From assembly GCF_055900595.2 (NCBI RefSeq), contig NZ_CM148325.1: a stretch of 64,000 nt of DNA. The stretch is one strand, 5' to 3'. Under the pieces are notes generated by a model. The model did not search any database and was not told the origin of the DNA. It saw only the letters and a program-made list of their open reading frames with translations. Positions 48,955 to 59,330 of the stretch are shown here, one piece after another (positions within the stretch are counted from its first letter, which is position 1; each line of letters starts with the position of its first letter). A program made the translations under genes and the position numbers.

Positions 48955-50421
48955 TTAAATTTTGAGGGTGTTTAATAGCGCCTGATGCGCGCCGAATTGT
49001 GCGATTTGTTGCCAGGCTTGTTCGATAGCTTGTACAAAATGCGGGTTATCTGGCAGATCATCACCGAAAACTTCACGCAGAGAAAGCAGGGCGGTTACGC
49101 GTTGTTCACTGCTACTGCCCGCAACAAGTTCGCAAATTTTATCGCTAAGCGGATCGCGAACATCAATGGCATTTCCGGCATCATCAACGCCGCTGACGTA
49201 ACGCATCCAGCCTGCAACGCCTAATGCCAGCAACGACCAGTCCGTTTCGCGCGCCAGATGTATGCGAATACCAGCCAGCATACGTTGCGGTAATTTCTGG
49301 CTACCATCCATTGCGATTTGCCAGGTCTTATGTTTCAGCGCCGGGTTAGCAAAACGTGCAATTAACTTATCCGCATATTGTGTTAAATCGACATCTTTAA
49401 TTCGCAGTGTCGGCGCTTGCTCATCCAGCATTAATGCTCTGGCGGCATGGCGAAATGCGCGATCCTGCATGCAATCACTGATGTGCGCGAATCCTGAGAG
49501 GTAACCCAGATAAGCGAGAAAAGAGTGGCTGCCATTAAGCATACGCAGTTTCATCTCTTCCCATGGCAGGACATCATTCACCATTTGTACACCTGCGACT
49601 TCCCAGGCAGGACGCCCAGCGACGAAGTTATCTTCCACCACCCACTGGATAAACGGTTCGCAGCTAATCGCGCAGGGATCATTCACCCCCAGATGTTGGC
49701 TGATTTCCGCCAGTGATTCGTCGGTTGCTGCCGGAACAATACGGTCGACCATGGTTCCCGGAAAACTGACGTGTTCTTTTATCCACCCGGCGAGTTCTGG
49801 TGAACGTTTTTCCGCCATCCCCTGCACCGCATTTTTCACCACATGGCCATTGTCGGGAATATTGTCGCAGGAGAGTACGGTAAACGGTGCAAGGCCGCGT
49901 TCACGGCGTCGTTTCAGTGCTTCGACGAGAATACCCGGCGCGGAGTGAGGTTCTTCAGGATTTTGAAGATCGTGAATAATCCGCGGATTGCTGGTGTCGA
50001 GTGCACCGGTGGCCGGGTCAATACAATAGCCTTTTTCGGTAATCGTCAGGGAAACAATTGCCACCTGTGGCTCGCAAAATTTCTCAATAATTGCCGCTAA
50101 GGAATCCAGTTTTGCATTCAGGCATTCGTGAACGGCACCGACAATTATCGCCTGATTGCCGTCCGCACCTTTCTCCAGCACGGTATATAAATGGTTCTGT
50201 GCGCGGAGCTGGCTCATCAGTTGATCGCCGCTGAACAAGCTGATCTCACAGATCCCCCAGTCGCCGCCCTGGGCATTCAGCACACGATCGGTCAGTAACG
50301 CCTGATGTGCGCGGTGAAAGGCTCCGAAGCCAAAATGAACGATACGTGATTGCAACTGCTGGCGATCGTAGCGTGGAGCGTGTACCTGAGGCGGGAGCGT
50401 AGCGGAGGCGATTGTATTCAT
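48955..50421 (-). CDS. yeiQ: Mannitol dehydrogenase-family oxidoreductase YeiQ, 488 aa
   Basis: N-terminal Rossmann region HFGFGAFHRAHQ; long-chain mannitol/fructuronate reductase family length; start at MNTIASA. Confidence 0.9.
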   Translation of the reverse strand: MNTIASATLPPQVHAPRYDRQQLQSRIVHFGFGAFHRAHQALLTDRVLNAQGGDWGICEISLFSGDQLMSQLRAQNHLYTVLEKGADGNQAIIVGAVHECLNAKLDSLAAIIEKFCEPQVAIVSLTITEKGYCIDPATGALDTSNPRIIHDLQNPEEPHSAPGILVEALKRRRERGLAPFTVLSCDNIPDNGHVVKNAVQGMAEKRSPELAGWIKEHVSFPGTMVDRIVPAATDESLAEISQHLGVNDPCAISCEPFIQWVVEDNFVAGRPAWEVAGVQMVNDVLPWEEMKLRMLNGSHSFLAYLGYLSGFAHISDCMQDRAFRHAARALMLDEQAPTLRIKDVDLTQYADKLIARFANPALKHKTWQIAMDGSQKLPQRMLAGIRIHLARETDWSLLALGVAGWMRYVSGVDDAGNAIDVRDPLSDKICELVAGSSSEQRVTALLSLREVFGDDLPDNPHFVQAIEQAWQQIAQFGAHQALLNTLKI

Positions 50422-50642
50422 AGGAATCACGTCTTAGTAACGATTGATTAACAATGACAGTGTAAAGTTATATGACAGAAATTGAAATTGGTCTGGATTG
50501 TTAATGCGATGAAGTGTGAGGGCGATCAATGAACTGGTGAATATTACGGGAGAACTATATTCAGGAAGCGCAAAATAGAAGATTGGTATAATAAATTAAA
50601 AAGGGACAGCCTGAGCTATCCCTTTTCTGCATGCGGCTGAAG

Positions 50643-51215
50643 TTAGTCAGCACGACCCATATAACGGCGTTCTTCGATATGGATACGAATTTTTTCGCCC
50701 GGGCTTAAGTATTCTGGTACCTGAATCACCAGACCAGTGCTCAATGTCGCCGGTTTGTTACGGGCGCTGGCAGATGCCCCTTTGATGCCTGGTGCGGTTT
50801 CAACGATTTCCAGATCAACGGTCTGCGGCAGCTCAAGCGCCAGCAGTTGACCGTCCCAGGTCAGCACCTGCATGTCCGGCATGCCGCCCTCTGGCATAAA
50901 CAGCAACTCTTCTTCAATCTGATCTTTGGTGAAGGTATACGGGGTATAGTCTTCTTTATCCATAAAGACATATTCGTTGCCATCGACATAGGAGAAGTCA
51001 ACGTAACGGCGGGTCAGCGTCACGGTGTCAACGATATCATCTCCTTTGAAACGCTCTTCTACTTTCAGCCCGGTACGGACATCAGAAAAACGCATTTTGT
51101 ACAGCGTAGCGGCACCGCGGGCAGTGGGCGACTGAATATCAATGTCCTTAACCAGCAGCAGTTTGCCGTTGTAATTCAGTACCATACCTTTTTTAATTTC
51201 GTTCGCTCTTGGCAT
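50643..51215 (-). CDS. yeiP: Elongation factor P-like protein YeiP (EfpL), 190 aa
   Basis: EF-P-like fold starting [20 protein letters not shown]; the ORF track's 275-aa frame has an 85-aa upstream extension with no EF-P similarity. Confidence 0.9.
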
Positions 51216-51369
51216 CGAAAAATTCCTGTAGTCGAAAATGTCAAAAATATCGCGACAAAGTACTCGCGACGGGCCTTTCGGGCAAGTGGTATTCGCACTT
51301 TTGCTGGTGCAAAAAAGGTGGTACTGTGCGCGCTCATCAATCCGGTGGTTAACCTTAAGAGAACAACGT

Positions 51370-51624
51370 ATGGAATGCCGTCCGGGTTGCGGGGCGTGTT
51401 GCACTGCCCCTTCAATTTCCAGCCCTATTCCCGGTATGCCCGATGGCAAGCCCGCCAATACGCCCTGCATTCAGCTTGATGAACAGCAACGCTGTAAAAT
51501 TTTCACCTCGCCACTGCGACCGAAAGTCTGTGCAGGCTTACAAGCCAGCGCTGAAATGTGCGGTAACTCGCGTCAGCAGGCCATGACCTGGCTTATCGAT
51601 CTGGAAATCCTGACCGCGCCTTAA
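51370..51624 (+). CDS. yeiW: UPF0153 small Cys-rich protein YeiW, 84 aa
   Basis: [14 protein letters not shown]…[14 protein letters not shown]…PKVCAGL; start at internal ATG (51370); 3' end overlaps the setB stop by 4 bp (convergent). Confidence 0.8.
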
Positions 51625-52802
51625 ACATCTTTAATCCGCAGTAAGCAAAACAGAGTGGCGATAATCATCACCATCGCAAACCAGAACACAGCGTGATAAT
51701 TCCAGATCTCGGCGACGATGCCCGCCACTGATCCTGCGATGATCCAGCCCACGCGCGAAGTGTTGGTATAGAGCGTGGTGGCTGAACCTGCCTGACCGGG
51801 CATCAAATCCTGAAAATAGAGCATCCCGATGCCGCCCAGAATGCCAATAAAAATAGCATTTAGCAGCTGCAAGCCCAACAGAATGACAGGTGAATGCGCC
51901 ATCAGCATTCCTGCGTAAAAACAGACGCCACCCACGGCAGCAACGCGCATTAAGAAACGCTTACCCAGACGTTTGGCGAAATATCCGGCAATCAACATGG
52001 TCGGGATTTCCAGCCCGGCGGCGGTCCCCATCATCACACCGGCCAGTTTCTCGGGAAGATGCAGTTCGTTGATAATAAATAGCGGCATGTTGATGATGTA
52101 CAGGCTGTTCGAGCCCCACATCAATGTACAAATGACAAACAGCAGCAGCGTATCGCGACGGTTACGGCGCGGCGCTTCAACCGTGCCGGTCGCCAGTGGA
52201 AGCTCTTTTTGCATCGACGGTAAAAACAGCCACACCATCACGCCGCAAACAATAAACGCTACCGCTGCGCTCAGATACATTACCGTAAAGCTGAAACCCA
52301 TCGCTAAGGCATAAGCCAGCGGCGGGCCAATGACCCATGCCAGTGAAACCTGAGCGCGTAAAAAAGAGCTGAACATCACCGCTTCACGTCCGGTTTTGTC
52401 AGCATGTTCACGGGCGAGGGCAAACATTTGCGGGTTAGCAGTCGAGCCAAAGCTGCTAAGAAAGACGCCAACGAATAGCAAAACAAAGTAGTTGCGATTC
52501 CAGGCAAAAAGAGTGCAGGCCAGCACGCCTAACAGGCAGCAAAAGACAATCAGCGATTTGCGATCGCCGCGCTTATCAGAGAGCCCGGCGAGAAACTGAC
52601 TTACCAGAATCCCAATGACAGCGCTGCCGGTAAAGAAGAATCCCACCATCGCCGGGCGGGCATGTACTTCATCAGTAAGAAAAATACTGAGTGTCGGGGT
52701 TTGCAGAGCGCCCGCAATACCGGTGAGAAAGGCAACGATTAAAAACGCCGTCGAGGTCAGATCAAACGATTTCGCGCTGGAGACTGCGGGGGAGTTATGC
52801 AT
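51621..52802 (-). CDS. setB: MFS sugar efflux transporter SetB, 393 aa
   Basis: 12-TM MFS transporter; divergent from fruB. Confidence 0.92.
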   Translation of the reverse strand: MHNSPAVSSAKSFDLTSTAFLIVAFLTGIAGALQTPTLSIFLTDEVHARPAMVGFFFTGSAVIGILVSQFLAGLSDKRGDRKSLIVFCCLLGVLACTLFAWNRNYFVLLFVGVFLSSFGSTANPQMFALAREHADKTGREAVMFSSFLRAQVSLAWVIGPPLAYALAMGFSFTVMYLSAAVAFIVCGVMVWLFLPSMQKELPLATGTVEAPRRNRRDTLLLFVICTLMWGSNSLYIINMPLFIINELHLPEKLAGVMMGTAAGLEIPTMLIAGYFAKRLGKRFLMRVAAVGGVCFYAGMLMAHSPVILLGLQLLNAIFIGILGGIGMLYFQDLMPGQAGSATTLYTNTSRVGWIIAGSVAGIVAEIWNYHAVFWFAMVMIIATLFCLLRIKDV

Positions 52803-53067
52803 GCTGGTCGATCACTGGAAGAGGAAGACGCGGAGTTTACGCTGCTTGTCAGAAAATAAACAGACAGCGAAATCAAAAGCGCCACGAATAATCAAAATGC
52901 CATTTCACTGTTGCTGATTGGCTGCTGACGCTGCTGAAATGAAATTGCTGATAACGGATTTTCCCATCAGCAATTAGGAAAAATGACAAAAAATTGTGCA
53001 GCACATCAAACTTTTGCTCATAACTTTACGGCTTTCCTTGCGTGCTGAAACAGAAGTATTATGCTTT

Positions 53068-53155
53068 CTTGAAACGTTTCAGCGCGATCTTGTCTTTAAC
53101 CCTAAGCCAGGTTGGCGCTTTTTTTCTCATAGAAGCTGAATCGTTTCAATTCAGC
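53068..53155 (+). promoter_or_regulatory. fruBKA promoter region with two Cra (FruR) operators
   Basis: TTGAAACGTTTCAGC (53069-53083) and GCTGAATCGTTTCAATTCAGC (53135-53155) match the Cra consensus GCTGAAnCGnTTCA; sited just upstream of fruB. Confidence 0.85.
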
Positions 53156-53169
53156 AAGAGAGGAGAACT

Positions 53170-54300
53170 ATGTTCCAGTTATCCGTACAGGACATCCATC
53201 CGGGCGAAAAGGCCGGAGACAAAGAAGAGGCGATTCGCCAGGTCGCTGCGGCGCTGGTGCAGGCCGGTAATGTAGCTGAAGGCTACGTCAATGGCATGCT
53301 GGCGCGCGAACAGCAAACCTCTACGTTCCTCGGCAATGGTATTGCTATTCCACACGGCACTACCGACACCCGCGATCAGGTGCTGAAAACCGGCGTTCAG
53401 GTATTTCAGTTCCCGGAAGGCGTCACCTGGGGTGACGGCCAGGTAGCGTACGTGGCGATCGGTATTGCTGCCAGCTCGGATGAACATCTGGGTCTGTTAC
53501 GCCAGCTGACCCATGTACTGAGCGATGATTCCGTTGCTGAACAGCTGAAGTCAGCAACGACAGCAGAAGAACTTCGCGCATTGCTGATGGGCGAAAAGCA
53601 GAGTGAGCAGCTGAAGCTCGATAACGAAATGCTGACGCTGGATATTGTCGCCAGCGATCTGCTGACGCTTCAGGCGCTTAACGCTGCGCGTCTGAAAGAA
53701 GCAGGGGCAGTTGACGCCACCTTCGTCACTAAAGCCATCAATGAACAACCGCTGAACCTCGGACAGGGCATCTGGCTGAGCGATAGCGCTGAAGGCAATT
53801 TGCGTAGCGCGATTGCGGTAAGCCGTGCGGCAAATGCTTTTGATGTGGACGGCGAAACGGCAGCCATGCTGGTGAGTGTGGCGATGAATGACGATCAGCC
53901 CGTCGCGGTTCTTAAGCGTCTCGCTGATTTGTTGCTCGACAATAAAGCTGACCGTTTGCTGAAAGCGGATGCGGCAACGTTGCTGGCGCTGCTGACCAGC
54001 GATGATGCGCCGACCGACGACGTGTTAAGCGCGGAGTTTGTGGTGCGCAATGAACACGGCCTGCATGCTCGTCCAGGTACCATGCTGGTCAATACTATTA
54101 AACAATTTAACAGTGATATTACCGTGACAAACCTTGATGGCACCGGCAAACCGGCAAACGGACGTAGTCTGATGAAAGTTGTGGCACTTGGCGTTAAGAA
54201 AGGTCATCGCCTACGCTTTACCGCCCAGGGTGCAGATGCTGAGCAGGCGCTGAAAGCCATTGGCGACGCTATCGCTGCCGGTCTTGGGGAGGGCGCATAA
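53170..54300 (+). CDS. fruB: Fructose PTS multiphosphoryl transfer protein FruB (EIIA-FPr), 376 aa
   Basis: N-terminal EIIA(Fru)-like domain, C-terminal HPr-like domain with phosphorylatable His in [10 protein letters not shown]. Confidence 0.96.
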   Translation: MFQLSVQDIHPGEKAGDKEEAIRQVAAALVQAGNVAEGYVNGMLAREQQTSTFLGNGIAIPHGTTDTRDQVLKTGVQVFQFPEGVTWGDGQVAYVAIGIAASSDEHLGLLRQLTHVLSDDSVAEQLKSATTAEELRALLMGEKQSEQLKLDNEMLTLDIVASDLLTLQALNAARLKEAGAVDATFVTKAINEQPLNLGQGIWLSDSAEGNLRSAIAVSRAANAFDVDGETAAMLVSVAMNDDQPVAVLKRLADLLLDNKADRLLKADAATLLALLTSDDAPTDDVLSAEFVVRNEHGLHARPGTMLVNTIKQFNSDITVTNLDGTGKPANGRSLMKVVALGVKKGHRLRFTAQGADAEQALKAIGDAIAAGLGEGA

Positions 54301-55238
54301 TGAGCAGACGTGTTGCTACTATCACCCTTAATCCGGCTTATGACCTTGTTGGTTTCTGCCCGGAAATTGAACGCGGCGAAGTGAACCTGGTGAAAACCAC
54401 CGGTCTGCATGCGGCGGGTAAAGGCATCAACGTGGCCAAAGTATTAAAAGACCTGGGAATTGATGTCACCGTTGGCGGCTTCCTCGGTAAAGACAATCAG
54501 GATGGTTTTCAGCAACTGTTCAGCGAGCTGGGCATTGCCAACCGTTTCCAGGTTGTACAGGGGCGCACCCGAATTAACGTTAAGCTGACGGAAAAAGACG
54601 GCGAAGTGACCGACTTCAACTTCTCGGGTTTTGAGGTTACCCCCGCCGACTGGGAACGCTTTGTGACTGATTCTCTGAGCTGGCTCGGTCAGTTCGATAT
54701 GGTCTGTGTCAGCGGAAGCTTACCGTCAGGCGTCAGCCCGGAAGCGTTCACCGACTGGATGACTCGCCTGCGTAGTCAGTGTCCTTGCATTATCTTTGAT
54801 AGTAGCCGTGAAGCGTTAGTGGCAGGTTTGAAAGCGGCACCGTGGCTGGTGAAACCTAACCGCCGCGAGCTGGAAATCTGGGCGGGCCGTAAACTGCCTG
54901 AAATGAAAGATGTGATTGAAGCTGCGCATGCGCTGCGTGAACAAGGTATCGCGCATGTCGTTATTTCACTGGGTGCCGAAGGCGCGCTTTGGGTTAATGC
55001 CTCCGGCGAATGGATCGCCAAACCACCGTCAGTCGATGTCGTAAGCACCGTTGGCGCAGGGGATTCTATGGTTGGTGGCCTGATTTATGGCTTGCTGATG
55101 CGTGAATCCAGTGAACACACACTGCGTCTGGCGACAGCTGTTGCAGCCCTGGCGGTAAGTCAAAGCAATGTGGGTATTACCGATCGTCCGCAGTTGGCCG
55201 CAATGATGGCGCGCGTCGACTTACAACCTTTTAACTGA
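54300..55238 (+). CDS. fruK: 1-phosphofructokinase FruK, 312 aa
   Basis: PfkB family, ATP-site motif GAGDSMVGG; start overlaps the fruB stop. Confidence 0.96.
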   Translation: MSRRVATITLNPAYDLVGFCPEIERGEVNLVKTTGLHAAGKGINVAKVLKDLGIDVTVGGFLGKDNQDGFQQLFSELGIANRFQVVQGRTRINVKLTEKDGEVTDFNFSGFEVTPADWERFVTDSLSWLGQFDMVCVSGSLPSGVSPEAFTDWMTRLRSQCPCIIFDSSREALVAGLKAAPWLVKPNRRELEIWAGRKLPEMKDVIEAAHALREQGIAHVVISLGAEGALWVNASGEWIAKPPSVDVVSTVGAGDSMVGGLIYGLLMRESSEHTLRLATAVAALAVSQSNVGITDRPQLAAMMARVDLQPFN

Positions 55239-55254
55239 CAGCAGGAGAGGCATA

Positions 55255-56946
55255 ATGAAAACGCTGCTGATTATTGACGCTAATCTCGGTCAGGCACGCG
55301 CCTATATGGCGAAGACCCTGCTGGGCGCGGCGGCGCGAAAAGCAAAACTGGAAATCATCGACAATCCGAACGACGCTGAAATGGCGATTGTTCTCGGTGA
55401 TTCCATCCCGAACGACAGCGCGCTGAACGGTAAAAATGTCTGGCTGGGCGATATTTCCCGGGCAGTTGCGCACCCTGAGCTGTTCCTGAGTGAAGCCAAA
55501 GGCCATGCGAAACCTTACACTGCACCGGTCGCTGCAACAGCACCAGTTGCCACCAGCGGTCCGAAACGCGTAGTTGCGGTGACAGCTTGCCCGACTGGCG
55601 TAGCACACACATTTATGGCGGCTGAAGCCATTGAAACCGAAGCGAAAAAACGTGGCTGGTGGGTGAAAGTTGAAACCCGTGGTTCTGTTGGCGCGGGTAA
55701 TGCGATCACCCCTGAAGAAGTCGCAGCAGCGGATCTGGTGATTGTGGCGGCAGATATCGAAGTGGATCTGGCGAAATTTGCTGGTAAACCGATGTATCGC
55801 ACCTCTACCGGTCTGGCGCTGAAGAAAACCGCGCAGGAACTGGATAAAGCGGTTGCTGAAGCAACGCCGTATGAACCGGCGGGCAAAGCTCAAACAGCGA
55901 CCACTGAAGGTAAGAAAGAGGGTGCAGGCGCTTACCGTCACTTGCTGACGGGCGTCTCTTACATGCTGCCGATGGTCGTTGCAGGTGGTCTGTGTATCGC
56001 GCTTTCTTTTGCTTTTGGTATCGAAGCGTTTAAAGAGCCGGGTACGTTGGCAGCGGCGCTGATGCAGATTGGTGGTGGTTCAGCCTTTGCGCTGATGGTG
56101 CCGGTACTGGCAGGTTACATTGCCTTCTCCATTGCCGATCGTCCGGGTCTCACGCCGGGTCTGATTGGCGGTATGCTGGCGGTCAGCACCGGTTCTGGCT
56201 TCATTGGGGGTATTATTGCGGGCTTCCTGGCTGGTTACATTGCGAAGTTAATCAGTACGCAACTGAAACTGCCACAGAGTATGGAGGCGCTGAAACCGAT
56301 CCTGATCATTCCGCTAATTTCCAGTCTGGTGGTCGGTCTGGCGATGATCTACCTGATCGGTAAACCGGTTGCTGGCATTCTCGAAGGGTTGACTCACTGG
56401 CTGCAGACCATGGGGACTGCGAATGCGGTTCTGCTGGGGGCGATCCTCGGTGGCATGATGTGTACTGACATGGGCGGTCCGGTAAATAAAGCAGCGTACG
56501 CATTCGGTGTGGGTCTGCTGAGTACTCAAACCTATGGCCCGATGGCGGCGATTATGGCGGCAGGTATGGTGCCACCGCTGGCAATGGGTCTGGCAACAAT
56601 GGTGGCGCGTCGCAAATTCGACAAAGCGCAGCAGGAAGGTGGCAAAGCCGCTCTGGTTCTTGGTCTGTGCTTTATTTCGGAAGGTGCAATTCCGTTTGCT
56701 GCTCGTGATCCGATGCGTGTGCTGCCGTGTTGTATCGTTGGTGGGGCGCTGACTGGCGCAATCTCAATGGCGATTGGTGCGAAACTGATGGCACCGCACG
56801 GTGGTCTGTTTGTTCTGCTGATCCCTGGCGCTATTACGCCGGTACTGGGTTACCTGGTAGCAATTATTGCCGGTACGCTGGTGGCGGGTTTGGCCTATGC
56901 CTTCCTGAAACGTCCGGAAGTGGACGCAGTAGCGAAAGCAGCGTAA
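55255..56946 (+). CDS. fruA: Fructose PTS EIIB'BC component FruA, 563 aa
   Basis: IIB domain with phospho-Cys in VTACPTGVAHTFMAAE, C-terminal polytopic IIC domain. Confidence 0.96.
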   Translation: MKTLLIIDANLGQARAYMAKTLLGAAARKAKLEIIDNPNDAEMAIVLGDSIPNDSALNGKNVWLGDISRAVAHPELFLSEAKGHAKPYTAPVAATAPVATSGPKRVVAVTACPTGVAHTFMAAEAIETEAKKRGWWVKVETRGSVGAGNAITPEEVAAADLVIVAADIEVDLAKFAGKPMYRTSTGLALKKTAQELDKAVAEATPYEPAGKAQTATTEGKKEGAGAYRHLLTGVSYMLPMVVAGGLCIALSFAFGIEAFKEPGTLAAALMQIGGGSAFALMVPVLAGYIAFSIADRPGLTPGLIGGMLAVSTGSGFIGGIIAGFLAGYIAKLISTQLKLPQSMEALKPILIIPLISSLVVGLAMIYLIGKPVAGILEGLTHWLQTMGTANAVLLGAILGGMMCTDMGGPVNKAAYAFGVGLLSTQTYGPMAAIMAAGMVPPLAMGLATMVARRKFDKAQQEGGKAALVLGLCFISEGAIPFAARDPMRVLPCCIVGGALTGAISMAIGAKLMAPHGGLFVLLIPGAITPVLGYLVAIIAGTLVAGLAYAFLKRPEVDAVAKAA

Positions 56947-56956
56947 TAAAAGGTGT

Positions 56957-56987
56957 GTTACAGGGCAGAAATTTCCTGCCCTGTAAC
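56957..56987 (+). terminator. Hairpin after fruA (terminator-like, weak U-tract)
   Basis: gttacagggcagaaatttcctgccctgtaac perfect 12-bp stem. Confidence 0.6.
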
Positions 56988-57101
56988 ATTTGATGAGCGC
57001 AAAGGGAATGACCAGTTTGTGAATATAATTTTATGAATTTAAATGGTTTTATCTTTCAGTAGAAACCTGAAATGTTCATCAAACACTAAGGTTATTTCCT
57101 T

Positions 57102-57131
57102 AAGGGCAGATTATTTTCTGCCCTTTTTTAG
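57102..57131 (+). terminator. Second rho-independent terminator in the fruA-psuK spacer
   Basis: aagggcagattattttctgccctt hairpin followed by tttta; lies about 115 bp after the first hairpin. Confidence 0.7.
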
Positions 57132-57369
57132 TGTTCCTGTTCTGTGCATCCCGTCACAAATTCCTCACTTTTGTAATTCAGGCATTTAATCGCATTTTGT
57201 GAGCCTGCTCAAATCTGCCCATTTTGCCTCTCTGGCGGCAATTTACTTTACGTAAAACATGCATACTATGAGCACATGTTTAAATATGAACACATGTTTA
57301 AACCGTCTTTGCAGTATCTATATTCTTGTGGATTGACAGGGTTGGTAATTTTTTACCAGAGGACGTGCT

Positions 57370-58311
57370 ATGCGCGAAAAGGATTATGTCGTAATTATAG
57401 GCTCGGCGAATATTGATGTCGCCGGATATTCACATGAATCATTAAATTATGCGGATTCAAATCCAGGTAAAATAAAATTTACGCCTGGTGGGGTAGGGCG
57501 CAATATTGCACAAAACCTGGCGTTGCTGGGTAATAAAGCCTGGCTACTGAGCGCCGTAGGCAGTGATTTTTATGGTCAATCGCTGCTAACGCAAACCAAT
57601 CAATCTGGCGTTTATGTCGATAAATGCCTGATTGTGCCGGGAGAAAATACGTCGAGCTATTTATCATTACTCGATAATACCGGTGAAATGCTGGTTGCTA
57701 TAAATGACATGAATATTAGCAACGCTATTACAGCTGAATATCTCGCACAGCACCGTGAATTTATTCAGAGGGCAAAGGTCATTGTCGCGGACTGTAATAT
57801 CAGTGAAGAGGCACTGGCATGGATTCTGGATAATGCCGCCAACGTACCCGTATTTGTCGATCCTGTTTCTGCGTGGAAATGTGTCAAAGTGCGCGACCGT
57901 CTAAATCTGATCCACACTCTCAAGCCAAACCGCCTTGAAGCGGAAACCCTGAGTGGGATTGCGCTGTCAGGGCGTGAAGATGTGGCAAAGGTTGCCGCCT
58001 GGTTCCATCAACATGGCCTGAACCGACTGGTATTGAGCATGGGCGGCGACGGCGTTTATTACAGTGATATCAGCGGTGAAAGTGGTTGGTCTGCGCCGAT
58101 TAAAACCAATGTCATTAATGTTACCGGAGCGGGCGATGCCATGATGGCGGGACTTGCTTCGTGTTGGGTAGACGGAATGCCGTTTGCCGAATCTGTTCGT
58201 TTCGCACAGGGATGTTCGTCAATGGCGCTCTCCTGTGAATACACCAATAACCCCGATTTATCGATTGCCAACGTTATATCGTTAGTGGAGAACGCAGAAT
58301 GTCTGAATTAA
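57370..58311 (+). CDS. psuK: Pseudouridine kinase PsuK (YeiC), PfkB family, 313 aa
   Basis: PfkB motifs including GAGDAMMAGL; precedes psuG with 13-bp overlap. Confidence 0.93.
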   Translation: MREKDYVVIIGSANIDVAGYSHESLNYADSNPGKIKFTPGGVGRNIAQNLALLGNKAWLLSAVGSDFYGQSLLTQTNQSGVYVDKCLIVPGENTSSYLSLLDNTGEMLVAINDMNISNAITAEYLAQHREFIQRAKVIVADCNISEEALAWILDNAANVPVFVDPVSAWKCVKVRDRLNLIHTLKPNRLEAETLSGIALSGREDVAKVAAWFHQHGLNRLVLSMGGDGVYYSDISGESGWSAPIKTNVINVTGAGDAMMAGLASCWVDGMPFAESVRFAQGCSSMALSCEYTNNPDLSIANVISLVENAECLN

Positions 58312-59237
58312 AAATTTCCCCTGAATTATTACAAATTTCCCCGGAAGTGCAGGACGCTTTAAAAAACAAAAAACCGGTTGTGGCACTGGAATCGACCATT
58401 ATTTCTCACGGGATGCCATTCCCGCAAAATGCTGAGACGGCAATTGAAGTAGAAGACACAATTCGTAAGCACGGTGCAGTACCTGCAACAATCGCCATTA
58501 TTGGTGGTGTCATGAAAGTAGGTTTGAGCAAAGAAGAAATTGAATTGTTAGGCCGTGAAGGACATAACGTGACGAAAGTCAGTCGCCGTGATTTACCTTT
58601 TGTCGTTGCCGCAGGAAAAAATGGCGCGACCACCGTTGCTTCAACGATGATTATCGCGGCACTGGCAGGAATTAAAGTATTTGCAACGGGGGGGATTGGT
58701 GGTGTGCATCGCGGTGCGGAACATACATTCGATATTTCTGCCGATTTACAGGAACTGGCAAATACTAATGTCACCGTTGTTTGTGCCGGTGCAAAATCTA
58801 TTCTCGATTTAGGATTAACAACAGAATATTTAGAAACCTTCGGTGTACCGTTAATTGGCTATCAGACAAAAGCGCTGCCTGCGTTTTTCTGCCGTACCAG
58901 TCCATTTGAAGTCAGTATTCGCCTTGATAGTGCCACGGAAATCGCTCGTGCAATGGCAGTGAAATGGCAAACCGGTTTGAACGGCGGCCTGGTAGTGGCG
59001 AATCCGATCCCGGAGCAGTTTGCGATGCCGGAGGAATCTATCAATGCAGCCATAGATCAAGCCGTCGCCGAAGCCGAAGAGCAGGGCGTTATTGGTAAAG
59101 AAAGTACACCGTTCCTGTTGGCGCGTGTTGCTGAACTGACCGGTGGTGACAGTCTGAAATCCAACATCCAACTGGTGTTCAATAACGCCATTCTGGCGAG
59201 CGAAATTGCCAAAGAATACCAGCGTCTCGCGGGTTAA
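58299..59237 (+). CDS. psuG: Pseudouridine-5'-phosphate glycosidase PsuG (YeiN), 312 aa
   Basis: Indigoidine synthase A-like family sequence; operon position between psuK and psuT. Confidence 0.93.
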   Translation: MSELKISPELLQISPEVQDALKNKKPVVALESTIISHGMPFPQNAETAIEVEDTIRKHGAVPATIAIIGGVMKVGLSKEEIELLGREGHNVTKVSRRDLPFVVAAGKNGATTVASTMIIAALAGIKVFATGGIGGVHRGAEHTFDISADLQELANTNVTVVCAGAKSILDLGLTTEYLETFGVPLIGYQTKALPAFFCRTSPFEVSIRLDSATEIARAMAVKWQTGLNGGLVVANPIPEQFAMPEESINAAIDQAVAEAEEQGVIGKESTPFLLARVAELTGGDSLKSNIQLVFNNAILASEIAKEYQRLAG

Positions 59238-59330
59238 TTTCTGACGGGCAGAAAGCCGTCGCCCGTACTGATCATACATACCAAAACCTGGCGCTTGCGC
59301 CGGGTTTACTGGCATGAAAGGAAAATCATT

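Noticed and set aside
50643-51470. 275-aa extended form of yeiP from the ORF track
   Set aside because: The N-terminal 85 residues have no EF-P-like character; the EF-P fold starts at [10 protein letters not shown], which is preceded by a plausible RBS.
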